Positions 8,819 to 16,837 of a DNA stretch of 64,000 nucleotides are shown in pieces. Position 1 is the first letter of the stretch; each line of letters opens with the position of its first letter. Source of the stretch: an uncultured virus (IMG/VR IMGVR_UViG_3300013132_000045) (Duplodnaviria > Heunggongvirae > Uroviricota > Caudoviricetes). Made by a program: the position numbers and the translations under genes. The notes under the pieces are model-generated. The model worked only from the letters and a program-made list of their open reading frames with translations. It had not been told where the DNA came from and made no database searches. The DNA lies in the IMG/VR virus record IMGVR_UViG_3300013132_000045; one strand, 5' to 3'.

Positions 8819-9047
8819 TTAAAGGAAGAGCAATGGTATGGTCAATAATATCAGGCCAAACGGCATCCGCAAGAATGCCAGCTTCGTAAAAGCTGAATGC
8901 CCGTAAAATGCGCTCCAATGCTTCCGACTTGCTTAGGCGAGCTTCTCCTGCAATTGCAGCAAGATGGGCATGGGCTTGGTCGGAAAGCGTGAAGTGGCGG
9001 CGTTGCTTGCCGCCTTCATAGTGGCTTTTGGCCATGATACTATTCAA
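8805..9047 (-). CDS. Ribbon-helix-helix-like DNA-binding protein
   Basis: KQRRHFTLSDQAHAHLAAIA....LSKSEALERILR. Confidence 0.65.
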   Translation of the reverse strand: MNSIMAKSHYEGGKQRRHFTLSDQAHAHLAAIAGEARLSKSEALERILRAFSFYEAGILADAVWPDIIDHTIALPLNENF

Positions 9048-9057
9048 AGGCCTCCTG

Positions 9058-9153
9058 AGTGTAGGCCCGCCAAGGGCCCCTGCAAGCTTTTTCTGCCATT
9101 AGCATTTCTTATGGCTTAAAAGCTTTGCAAAGGCTCGCGCTGGCTGCCATGAT
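9058..9153. promoter_or_regulatory. Divergent promoters with palindromic box CCATTAG-N5-CTTATGG (9096-9114)
   Basis: Minus-strand TACACT at 9063-9058, plus-strand CATGAT at 9148; the box recurs elsewhere in the window. Confidence 0.6.
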
Positions 9154-9176
9154 GGTTCCGATGTCCCTGCGTCTTC

Positions 9177-11168
9177 ATGGCATTTAACATTCTTGATCAC
9201 CTTGAGCAACTGGAGGACAGCAACCAAAAAGGAAAATTTCTTTGCCCTGCATGTGGCGGAAATGATTTCACAATTAACAAAGGCAATGGTGGCTATAACT
9301 GTTGGCATGACACTTCTGCTGCTCATAGAGCTGAAATTCGCAATATTTTGGCACCATTAGTGCGATGGGAGAAACCAGCCAGAGCAACTGGTCAAAGGAA
9401 TTTTTCTTATTACAACAAAAAAGGTGAAAAAGTAGTTATTGTCCATCGAGATGATTTTCATGGCTCCAAGCGCATTTGGCAAGATTTTCCTACCATTGCT
9501 CCTGATTCTCCTAGTCATAAAGTTGATTTACAGGAGATGAAGGCTGGTATATTGCCCTATAAATATACGGAGGCAATAAAGCACAGTAGCGATAGTGGAC
9601 TGCCTATTTTTATTGTTGAAGGGGAACCAGCTTGTGAAGCGTGCTGGGAGATAGGACTGCCTGCAGTTACTTTTTTGGGAGGCTCTAAACAATATCGCAC
9701 TAATGGTGACTACAGCCAGCTTTTCAAAGGAAAAAAGATTGTTCTGTCGCCTGATAGAGATGAGCAGGGTGTGGCATTCATGGCAGAAATTGCCAATGAT
9801 AATCCTGGTGCATCATGGTTATATGCTGATCCGCGTTCATGGGAATGGGAAAATCTTCCTTCTGGTAATGGCTATGACATAGCTGACTACATTGAAGAAG
9901 GGGCAGCTAAAGATGAATTATTGTCCTCCATTGTTTCTAAAAGTCGCCATAAAAATCAAGATGGTAAGCCCTCGTATGAAGAAATCATTTCAACAGTAGA
10001 AAACTTTATTGGTCTCTATGCCAATGATGCTCGCATTGCTTATGAAACCAGTCAATGGTTAGAACAACGAGCAGTGAAGATGAATCAGCAAAATATTGAT
10101 AAAATCATTGTAGAAGCACGCGCCAGAGTGCATGGCAGGGAAGGCATTGAAAGCATTGATGCCCTTACCATTGCAAGCTCTGATAAGGCTAGAGAATGGT
10201 TGATTGCTGGCACCATTCCTCTAGGAAGCGTAACGCTTTTAGCTGCTTCAGGAGGCACGGGAAAATCCAGTTTGGCATACAACTGGGCATTGGATATTGG
10301 TCTTGGTAGGCGATGGAGCGGGAGAAGGTGTATGCAAGGAAAGACATTGATTTGTCAAAGCGACGAGCCTTTGCTTGATACGGCAGAGAAACTATCCGTC
10401 ATTGGCTATCAAGACACCTCTTTGCAGCCTGGCACTGTTGAATTCTGGGAAACCTGGCGCTTTGCACACATGCAACAGCTAGAACACTACATCAGAAAAG
10501 AACGTCCTATTTTTGTGGTGATTGATAGCTTGACGGCTTGCCTTGCTGGGATGAATGTGGATATGATTAAAAGCAATGCAGGAGATGTAATTTATGGCCT
10601 TAGAGACTTGGCTAACACTTATCGTTGTTCTGTGCTCATTCTTCACCACCTAAACAAAAGTGGAGGCCTGCGTGATTCAACTAGCTTCGTAGATAATGTG
10701 AGTGAGGTGGTGAAACTAACTCGCCCTGAAAATAATTTTGATGGCAATCAATTTATGCTGGAATGGATGAAGAGCAGAAGCGGGCTGTCTGGTCAGCACA
10801 TGCTTCGTCGTGATCCATTGAACTATGGCTGGGAATATGCAGGAGCAGCAGCAAACGGCCTGGAAGAGCTGGAGCGCATTGTAGCTGCATTAGACCGCAT
10901 GCCTAGTCAACGCTTTACTAGGCAGCAAGCAGCGTCTGCTGCAGGGTCACGAGACATTGCTGGTGCAGGAAAGATGCTGGAAGTGGCTCGTAGACAGGGC
11001 TTTATTACCAGCTCTTTTAACAATGCTCCTGATGGCTCTAGGGTTCGACTATACCATTCTTGGGACTATGAAGAGCCAGAGCTTGATTTTACAACTCATC
11101 ACTCCCCTTCCATTGATCCCCCTGCAACCAATAGCTCTCCTAGCTCCCTAGATGATGAATTTTTTTAA
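9177..11168 (+). CDS. Primase-helicase (Zn-binding, TOPRIM, RepA/AAA_25 helicase)
   Basis: CPACGG...CW; IVEGE...PDRDEQG; AASGGTGKS; VVIDSL; ILHHLNK. Confidence 0.88.
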   Translation: MAFNILDHLEQLEDSNQKGKFLCPACGGNDFTINKGNGGYNCWHDTSAAHRAEIRNILAPLVRWEKPARATGQRNFSYYNKKGEKVVIVHRDDFHGSKRIWQDFPTIAPDSPSHKVDLQEMKAGILPYKYTEAIKHSSDSGLPIFIVEGEPACEACWEIGLPAVTFLGGSKQYRTNGDYSQLFKGKKIVLSPDRDEQGVAFMAEIANDNPGASWLYADPRSWEWENLPSGNGYDIADYIEEGAAKDELLSSIVSKSRHKNQDGKPSYEEIISTVENFIGLYANDARIAYETSQWLEQRAVKMNQQNIDKIIVEARARVHGREGIESIDALTIASSDKAREWLIAGTIPLGSVTLLAASGGTGKSSLAYNWALDIGLGRRWSGRRCMQGKTLICQSDEPLLDTAEKLSVIGYQDTSLQPGTVEFWETWRFAHMQQLEHYIRKERPIFVVIDSLTACLAGMNVDMIKSNAGDVIYGLRDLANTYRCSVLILHHLNKSGGLRDSTSFVDNVSEVVKLTRPENNFDGNQFMLEWMKSRSGLSGQHMLRRDPLNYGWEYAGAAANGLEELERIVAALDRMPSQRFTRQQAASAAGSRDIAGAGKMLEVARRQGFITSSFNNAPDGSRVRLYHSWDYEEPELDFTTHHSPSIDPPATNSSPSSLDDEFF

Positions 11169-11200
11169 GAAAATTATGAACAATTATGAACTGGCTATAA

Positions 11201-11359
11201 TTATGGCTTTTGCTGATCAAGAAGCAAGCGTTCTATAGCGATAAGGCGATTGTTAATGGCAACTAACATTGCAGTGAGCCCTTCAATTTCATCATGCAAA
11301 TCTTGATGATGAAACCGTAAGGGCTTTTGCAACCATCTACGCAATTTAGTCTTTTTCAT
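11201..11359 (-). CDS. Small coiled-coil protein, 52 aa (not in ORF track)
   Basis: Hand-translated MKKTKLRRWLQKPLRF...RLIAIERLLLDQQKP. Confidence 0.45.
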   Translation of the reverse strand: MKKTKLRRWLQKPLRFHHQDLHDEIEGLTAMLVAINNRLIAIERLLLDQQKP

Positions 11360-11606
11360 CAGCGTTAGGATTGGCACCCTCTAGCTCGTCAGCAATAGCG
11401 AGCAGTCCCTGCCGAGCACCGGCAGCGCCAGCTAAGAAGCCTATTTCCCACAGTGTCACCCCAGAGCACTCGCCATTGGTCACGGTGAGTTGATCCGCAG
11501 CAGCACGGAGCACCGCAGCAGCCGTCAACCCGTCTTCTATCGGCGCGGCCTGATAAGCATCCAGCACCGCCTGCGCGGCAGGGCTTAGTGGGGTGAGGTC
11601 AGTCAT
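11346..11606 (-). CDS. Hypothetical protein, LSPAAQAV family
   Basis: LSPAAQAVLDA...AAVLRAAADQ...LLAIADELE. Confidence 0.65.
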   Translation of the reverse strand: MTDLTPLSPAAQAVLDAYQAAPIEDGLTAAAVLRAAADQLTVTNGECSGVTLWEIGFLAGAAGARQGLLAIADELEGANPNADEKD

Positions 11607-11805
11607 TGAGTTGCTCCAGTGCGCGGCGGATGGTGTTGTGGGTGGTCTCAACGCGATTTAGGCGATCTTCTAAGTCGCCTAAATGATTAAACAGTCGCTC
11701 AAACACTAAGCCTCCATCCCTCATTAATTGCTCAGCTACACGCCGACCTGAATCGGTCAGCGCTGGTGAGTTGAGAACACGTTCTTTAGTTGACTTACTA
11801 AACAT
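11599..11805 (-). CDS. Hypothetical protein
   Basis: 68-aa ORF ending IRRALEQLND, like 6945..7271. Confidence 0.55.
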   Translation of the reverse strand: MFSKSTKERVLNSPALTDSGRRVAEQLMRDGGLVFERLFNHLGDLEDRLNRVETTHNTIRRALEQLND

Positions 11806-11837
11806 GACGCAATGTGCAATGGGGTGATTGATTGAGG

Positions 11838-12086
11838 TCAGTCATACAAGGGCACCTCCTCCAGCTCGGCGGCGATGGCGAGGAGCTTCAAGCCGTCAGC
11901 AAGGCTGTAAAGGTACGATTTCGAGTGGTGGCTGCTCATTTGATCCGCAGCAGCACGCAGGGCGGCAGCGAGCATGGTGCGCTCATTGACGACCCATACG
12001 CCTTCTACGTACTCACCATCACTGGCGTCGCCAAAGGCATCCATCACCGATTGCGCGGCTTGGCTTAGTTGGGTGGGGGTGGTCAT
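11838..12086 (-). CDS. Hypothetical protein, LSPAAQAV family
   Basis: LSQAAQSVMDA...AAALRAAADQ...LLAIAAELE. Confidence 0.65.
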   Translation of the reverse strand: MTTPTQLSQAAQSVMDAFGDASDGEYVEGVWVVNERTMLAAALRAAADQMSSHHSKSYLYSLADGLKLLAIAAELEEVPLYD

Positions 12087-12239
12087 GGTTGGTTTTAAGG
12101 GCCTGCCCATCGTAGCCATCTTTCGAGAAATGTCAAAATGTGCCAGTTAAAAAATTGTCCATTTTTATTTGGTGGGGGTGTCTAGAATCGTCCAGCGCAT
12201 CATCGCATGCACCACTCCCTCTCAACGAAGTCTCTGACA

Positions 12240-12530
12240 TCTACGCGCCTGGGGACACCAGCCAGTAGATACCCTGCGGCGCTACCAAGGGGATAGGGAC
12301 AATGGCAAAGGGAATTAGTTGGTTTCCTGATAACTGCCTGTTATTCGGAATCCTGATAAGCTCCCTTCGCTAGAGCGCCATCGAGCAGGAGGCCCCAAGG
12401 CCGTCGTTTCCAGGGCGCTCTTTAATTTTCTCTTGCATCCTTCTTGCATCTTCTCTTAAAAAAGACTATTGTGGTAAGGCCGCTCGCGCAGGCGAGCCCC
12501 TAGGCGAGCTTTATTCAAGCGGCCTTTTCT
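12240..12530. repeat. Hairpin-rich non-coding element homologous to 27590-28045 (candidate origin or structured element)
   Basis: Three shared motifs and stem covariation; see findings. Confidence 0.6.
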
Positions 12531-12542
12531 TTTCTTTCTTCC

Positions 12543-12773
12543 ATGCCTAAGGCACCTCCCATCCCTTATCGCTTTCCCGATTTGGAACACAATGGAAAAA
12601 TCATAGAAGCTTACGAGCACTATGGCTTTGCCATTCCTGATCGAGGAGCTAAACCATCAAGCCGCATTTTATATGCTGCTCGTGATGATAATGGCGAACG
12701 CCATTGGAGAAATTCTTTATCAGCCATAGAGAGTCTCATTGATGGTGGTTTTATTGTTTCTCAACAACTATGA
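12543..12773 (+). CDS. Hypothetical protein
   Basis: 76-aa ORF; ATGA overlap with the next gene. Confidence 0.6.
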   Translation: MPKAPPIPYRFPDLEHNGKIIEAYEHYGFAIPDRGAKPSSRILYAARDDNGERHWRNSLSAIESLIDGGFIVSQQL

Positions 12774-13093
12774 CAATGGACAAAGAAAAGCTAATCATCT
12801 TGCTAAAATCTTTAGAAAAGATTAAAGCAGATCAACGATTACTGGCAGAAAAAGAAGAGCAATGCAGGGAAGCAATTTATGCTCTCATGCAAGAGCTTGC
12901 TCTTGAAAAAGAAGAAAGTCCTTATGGCACCATTCGTTTGCAGCGTAGAGCACAGAAAGACTATGGAGAAGCCATCAAGATGTTGGAGCGTCAACTCAAG
13001 GAAGCTAAAAAGCTAGCTGAAGACATGGGCGACTATGAAATCACTGGCTATAAAGAAAGCCTTGTGTATGTGCCTCCCATTGATCCTTTCTAG
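12770..13093 (+). CDS. Coiled-coil protein (Gp157-like, tentative)
   Basis: Helical N-terminus, SPYGTIRLQRR. Confidence 0.5.
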   Translation: MTMDKEKLIILLKSLEKIKADQRLLAEKEEQCREAIYALMQELALEKEESPYGTIRLQRRAQKDYGEAIKMLERQLKEAKKLAEDMGDYEITGYKESLVYVPPIDPF

Positions 13094-13101
13094 CTTCTAC
13101 C

Positions 13102-13251
13102 ATGCTTACTAGGGAAGAAATTATTGCTCTCATTGATCATAAAATAGTGCAGCATGAAATAAGAGTGGCAATTATTAGTGGCATTGCTGGTATCATTTTT
13201 CTTCCTTTTTTCACTTTTATTACTGTTTTCTTTTATTTACGCTGGCTATGA
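13102..13251 (+). CDS. Small membrane protein, 49 aa (not in ORF track)
   Basis: MLTREEIIALIDHKIVQHEIRVAIISGIAGIIFLPFF...; ATGA overlap. Confidence 0.55.
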   Translation: MLTREEIIALIDHKIVQHEIRVAIISGIAGIIFLPFFTFITVFFYLRWL

Positions 13252-13427
13252 GTGCTCCCTTTGTTCCCTTCCCATTGCTCTCCATTGAAGAATGGAAAGA
13301 ACTTAATGCATTGCGTTTAGCTATTTCAGAAGCGCCTTCTACAGTGGTGCCAGAAAAGCAGGAACGCTTCACTGCTTTATTTGCCAGAAGCCTTTTAGGC
13401 AAAGGTGATGTTCCATTGTATTATTAA
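13248..13427 (+). CDS. Cyanophage-type small protein, 59 aa (not in ORF track)
   Basis: EEWKELNALRLAISEAPSTVVPEKQERFTALFARSL. Confidence 0.6.
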   Translation: MSAPFVPFPLLSIEEWKELNALRLAISEAPSTVVPEKQERFTALFARSLLGKGDVPLYY

Positions 13428-13435
13428 AAGCAATC

Positions 13436-14185
13436 ATGCCATTGCCAGAAATTCAATTTAATAATGCAGAAGACCAGTTGAAATATGGCGCAAAAGTGCT
13501 AATGGAAGCTGGTTTTTCTCCGCAACAAATTGAACAAATTAGAGAGCGATTGGGCAGTGGTCCTAATAAAATTCCTTATACCAAAGAAAGCACTGGTATG
13601 AGGCGATATATGGTGCAAGAGCTTTTAGCAGCTAATTTAAGCAATAGACAAATTGCTGAAGTGTTGCAATTAAGCAAAGAAACAGTTAGTGCTGATCGTC
13701 ATCATAATCGTAATTTATGGACTGCTCAAATTCTGCAAAGTCAAGATGCCTGGCGGGCTAGATTGATTAAAGAGCAGCAGGAACTGAAAGAAGTGGCCCT
13801 TGAAAGCTTTTTAAGCAGCAAACGAAAGGTGGTAACCACTACTAGAGACAATGGTGATGAAATTGTACGAGTGGAGGAAAGTGCTGGGGAAAGTGGCTTC
13901 TTGGGAGTGGCACGTAGCTGCTTGGAGCAGCAAGCTAAGCTCATTGGCCTTTTTGATGTGAAGCCACAAACAGAAGAAAAAAGTGGTTACAAGGCTTTCC
14001 TGGACAACCTTAGTGCTGAAGTGAAGAAGATTAAAGAAGCAGAAAAGAATAGTGAAGATAGGGCTTCAGCCATTGAAACCAAAGCAGAATTTGATGACAA
14101 TGGAGAGCCCACGGGCAGTAGTAAACCAATGTTGCCAATAGAAGCTCTTGACAATGCCGCTAATGAGCCGGCAGAATGCCCCTGA
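13436..14185 (+). CDS. HTH protein, terminase small subunit-like
   Basis: LSNRQIAEVLQLSKETVSAD HTH, coiled coil, QQAKLIGL. Confidence 0.6.
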   Translation: MPLPEIQFNNAEDQLKYGAKVLMEAGFSPQQIEQIRERLGSGPNKIPYTKESTGMRRYMVQELLAANLSNRQIAEVLQLSKETVSADRHHNRNLWTAQILQSQDAWRARLIKEQQELKEVALESFLSSKRKVVTTTRDNGDEIVRVEESAGESGFLGVARSCLEQQAKLIGLFDVKPQTEEKSGYKAFLDNLSAEVKKIKEAEKNSEDRASAIETKAEFDDNGEPTGSSKPMLPIEALDNAANEPAECP

Positions 14186-14199
14186 GCCTTTCTTTTCCC

Positions 14200-14682
14200 A
14201 TGGACTTTTCTTCTGTTGATGATTTTCTACAACGTGCTGCAGCAGCTAAACAAGGGGAGCGTCGCACCATTGCAGATAATTTAGAGCCATGGCTGGAAGA
14301 TGATTCTGTTTATGCATTGCCGCCACAAAGCGCTGCTTTGCTAGAAGAAGCCATCACGGAATATGGTGATGAAGCATTAAAGCAGTTTGTTATTGTTTGC
14401 CTTGGTAAGTGGTGCCAAATTCATGAAGGCTTCTTGAAAGAACATGCAAGCATGAATAAAATAGACCAAGCATTATTAACTTGTGCTGATCTTACAAAAA
14501 TAGCTTATGCCTTGCAGATGGTTTCTTCCATTGGTAGCTTTAGTGGAGATGAACACTATCGCAAGGCAATGAAGCAGCAAATTGGTCAAGCAGTGCTAGA
14601 GCAAATAGAAGAAACAGGCATGTCAGTAGGGGATATATTTCATGACGATGGAAATGATAAATTTAGTGATCCGCTGCTTTGA
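14200..14682 (+). CDS. Hypothetical protein
   Basis: 160-aa helical ORF. Confidence 0.65.
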   Translation: MDFSSVDDFLQRAAAAKQGERRTIADNLEPWLEDDSVYALPPQSAALLEEAITEYGDEALKQFVIVCLGKWCQIHEGFLKEHASMNKIDQALLTCADLTKIAYALQMVSSIGSFSGDEHYRKAMKQQIGQAVLEQIEETGMSVGDIFHDDGNDKFSDPLL

Positions 14683-14683
14683 T

Positions 14684-15025
14684 ATGGCTGCCCCTGCTGC
14701 TTTTCCCATTGTTCTCTGCATTCCCCCTGCATTGCGGGAAGAAGCAGAACGTTTAGTTTCTGAACAGCCACCAGTACATCCCGCATGGTCTAAAGTGCAA
14801 CAACGAGGAAAGCATTATTCCCTGCGCACTTCTTCCATTGAAGATTTAGAAGAACTAGCAGATTGGGCTTATAGTTGGCTTACGGAACCGTCTAAACCAT
14901 TAAATAAGCCACAACGTCAAGCTTTTCAAACTGTTATTTCTAGGGCATGTAAGCATGTGCATTTAAGAAAACTAGGAGGCAGTCACTACCAGGCAATTGC
15001 ATGGAAGGCTTCAGCATCATGCTGA
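14684..15025 (+). CDS. Hypothetical protein
   Basis: ATG 1 nt after the upstream stop. Confidence 0.6.
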   Translation: MAAPAAFPIVLCIPPALREEAERLVSEQPPVHPAWSKVQQRGKHYSLRTSSIEDLEELADWAYSWLTEPSKPLNKPQRQAFQTVISRACKHVHLRKLGGSHYQAIAWKASASC

Positions 15026-15079
15026 TAAGCAACGCTGATGGCTTTTTCCATTGACCTCTGCTGACCATGGGCTTACCAT
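15023..15079 (+). promoter_or_regulatory. Sigma70-type promoter with upstream palindromic box
   Basis: TGATAAG-N5-CTGATGG 15023-15041; TTGACC 15051, N17, TACCAT 15074. Confidence 0.65.
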
Positions 15080-15444
15080 TAGTGAGTTCTTTCCTTCACA
15101 GAACCTTGACTGCCATCATCAACCACGACCACTACGGCCCTTCAGCTTTCATTCGTTCCGACTACGGCACGCAAGTGATCATGAACGGCTCCGTCCCAAC
15201 CGTGGAGTGGAGTTTTCGCATTAAAGAGCTGGAGAACTGGCTCACCACCTTGGAAGAGGCCATGAAAGAAGCCATGGCTGGCGATAGTTATGGTCAACTG
15301 CGCGGCCTGGAGGGCATTTATTTCAGCCTCAAGGCAGCTTATAAGAAGCATCAAAAGCAGCATCAAGAAGTGGTGAGCGAAGCTCCCACTGCAGACGACC
15401 TCATGGCCTACTTGGCTGCCTACACCGAGGCAATGAGCAAATGA
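15067..15444 (+). CDS. Hypothetical protein (true start probably further downstream)
   Basis: Helical ORF; the promoter overlaps the track start. Confidence 0.6.
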   Translation: MGLPLVSSFLHRTLTAIINHDHYGPSAFIRSDYGTQVIMNGSVPTVEWSFRIKELENWLTTLEEAMKEAMAGDSYGQLRGLEGIYFSLKAAYKKHQKQHQEVVSEAPTADDLMAYLAAYTEAMSK

Positions 15445-15507
15445 CTCTTTTCGTTGTTTGGGCAGTGCTTGCGAGCACTGCTCTTTTTTTGAATTACGCC
15501 ATTCACT

Positions 15508-15810
15508 ATGGTGACAATGATGACTAGCTTTTCTCCAGCCACATTAGCTATTTTGCAAGCTTTTGATGATAAGTATGAAGCTAATTTTCATACTATATAT
15601 TGGCAGGCATCATGCTTGTCTGCTGTATTAAAAGCCTTAGCAGCAAGAATAAAGGGCAGCAATGACATTCGCCAAGATATTCTTGATATTGCAGAAGAGC
15701 TACAAGCTTTCCCTGATCCGCGTAATGTAAAAACTTATGATACGTTTGAATATGGCACTGAGCCATTGCCAAATGATAAGCTTTGGGCTAACCATCACAA
15801 AGGCATATAA
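15508..15810 (+). CDS. Hypothetical protein, divergent LSPAAQAV family member
   Basis: FSPATLAILQAF...SAVLKALA...ILDIAEELQ. Confidence 0.6.
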   Translation: MVTMMTSFSPATLAILQAFDDKYEANFHTIYWQASCLSAVLKALAARIKGSNDIRQDILDIAEELQAFPDPRNVKTYDTFEYGTEPLPNDKLWANHHKGI

Positions 15811-15825
15811 AGCACTATAAAAGCT

Positions 15826-15861
15826 AAAAGAAAAGGGGCCTTGCGGCCCCTTTCTTGCTTT
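15826..15861. terminator. Bidirectional intrinsic terminator
   Basis: AAAAGAAAAGGGGCC-TTGC-GGCCCCTTTCTT; GCAA loop plus U-tract on the minus strand. Confidence 0.8.
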
Positions 15862-16023
15862 GAGGTTCCGATTGGAAGGCTCCTGCGTATCACGATGCAG
15901 GGATCAGTCTCCTCACCCATCCATGTATGGTGGCAAGCCTCGCAGCATTGCCAGACTGATCATCCCATGTCCACCCTCACGGCTTCAACGAAGGGGCTTA
16001 CGCCCAGGACCACCTCAAAGCTC
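15826..16023 (-). ncRNA. Candidate structured ncRNA (~200 nt), family unknown
   Basis: 10-bp and 9-bp perfect stems, GNRA loops on the minus strand, promoter TTGCCT-N17-TATGCT, terminator. Confidence 0.65.
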
Positions 16024-16125
16024 ATAAAGCATAACATACGAAACCATGCAAGGCAAAGAGCTTTTGTGGTAGGGTTGACCCTGCTAGGAGACTGGCAGGC
16101 CTCACTACTTATTTTTCTTAAAACA

Positions 16126-16479
16126 ATGCTTAAACTCTCTATCCTCGCTTCCATTGCCATTGGTGCCTGTGCGCCTGCTGCAGTGGAGGCCGCTTCAGCG
16201 TGCGGAATTGGCTCCTACTATGGTCCAGGCTTTCATGGTCGCTCTACGGCTAGTGGCGAACGCTTCAACTCTCAAGGTCTCACTGCCGCCCATCGCTCCC
16301 TGCCGCTTGGAAGCCGCGTAAAAGTGACCAATCAGGCCAATGGCCGCTCTGTGCTGCTTAGGATCAATGATCGCGGACCGACGTATGGCAGTCGCATCAT
16401 TGACTTGTCAGAAAGTGCATTTGCTCGAATTGCTAGCTTAAATCAGGGACTGGCAAGAGTCTGCTACAACATTGCCTAG
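16126..16479 (+). CDS. rlpA: RlpA-family lytic transglycosylase (DPBB) with signal peptide/lipobox-like N-terminus
   Basis: SYYGPGFHGRSTASGERF, TAAHRSLPLGS, RINDRGP, RIIDLS. Confidence 0.9.
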   Translation: MLKLSILASIAIGACAPAAVEAASACGIGSYYGPGFHGRSTASGERFNSQGLTAAHRSLPLGSRVKVTNQANGRSVLLRINDRGPTYGSRIIDLSESAFARIASLNQGLARVCYNIA

Positions 16480-16498
16480 TTTGTTGGAGGTGATAAAC

Positions 16499-16524
16499 GG
16501 GCGGGTATGCACCCGCCTTTTTTA
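16499..16524 (+). terminator. Intrinsic terminator
   Basis: GGCGGGT-ATGC-ACCCGCC-TTTTTT. Confidence 0.8.
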
Positions 16525-16583
16525 TGCGCTATTATCTAGAAGTCATCCGACTGGATGGCCTTTCAAGTTCGCTAATGTGAGCT

Positions 16584-16835
16584 GTGCGGTTACTAAGGAG
16601 CAAAAAACAGCGTTATTGGATTTGGTCGTCGCAAAATGGACATTGCGCTCATTGTGGCACGTTCATTGATTGTGACGAGACTTATCACATTGACCACATT
16701 CAGCCTTTTTCTAAAGGCGGTGTAACTAAGCTTTTTAATCTCCAGCTTCTTTGCCCTTCTTGTAATCTCAAGAAAGGCGTTAGCGAATTTGAAGGACCTT
16801 GCAGCAGTGGCTGCACCTTTAACTTTGCTACTTAA
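16584..16835 (+). CDS. HNH endonuclease
   Basis: CAHCG...HIDHIQPFSKGG...NLQLLCPSCNLKKG. Confidence 0.85.
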   Translation: MRLLRSKKQRYWIWSSQNGHCAHCGTFIDCDETYHIDHIQPFSKGGVTKLFNLQLLCPSCNLKKGVSEFEGPCSSGCTFNFAT

Positions 16836-16837
16836 TC

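Noticed and set aside
15841..16125. Long N-terminal extension of rlpA and antisense ORF 15960..16160
   Set aside because: Crosses a terminator and the structured RNA; the signal peptide starts at ATG 16126
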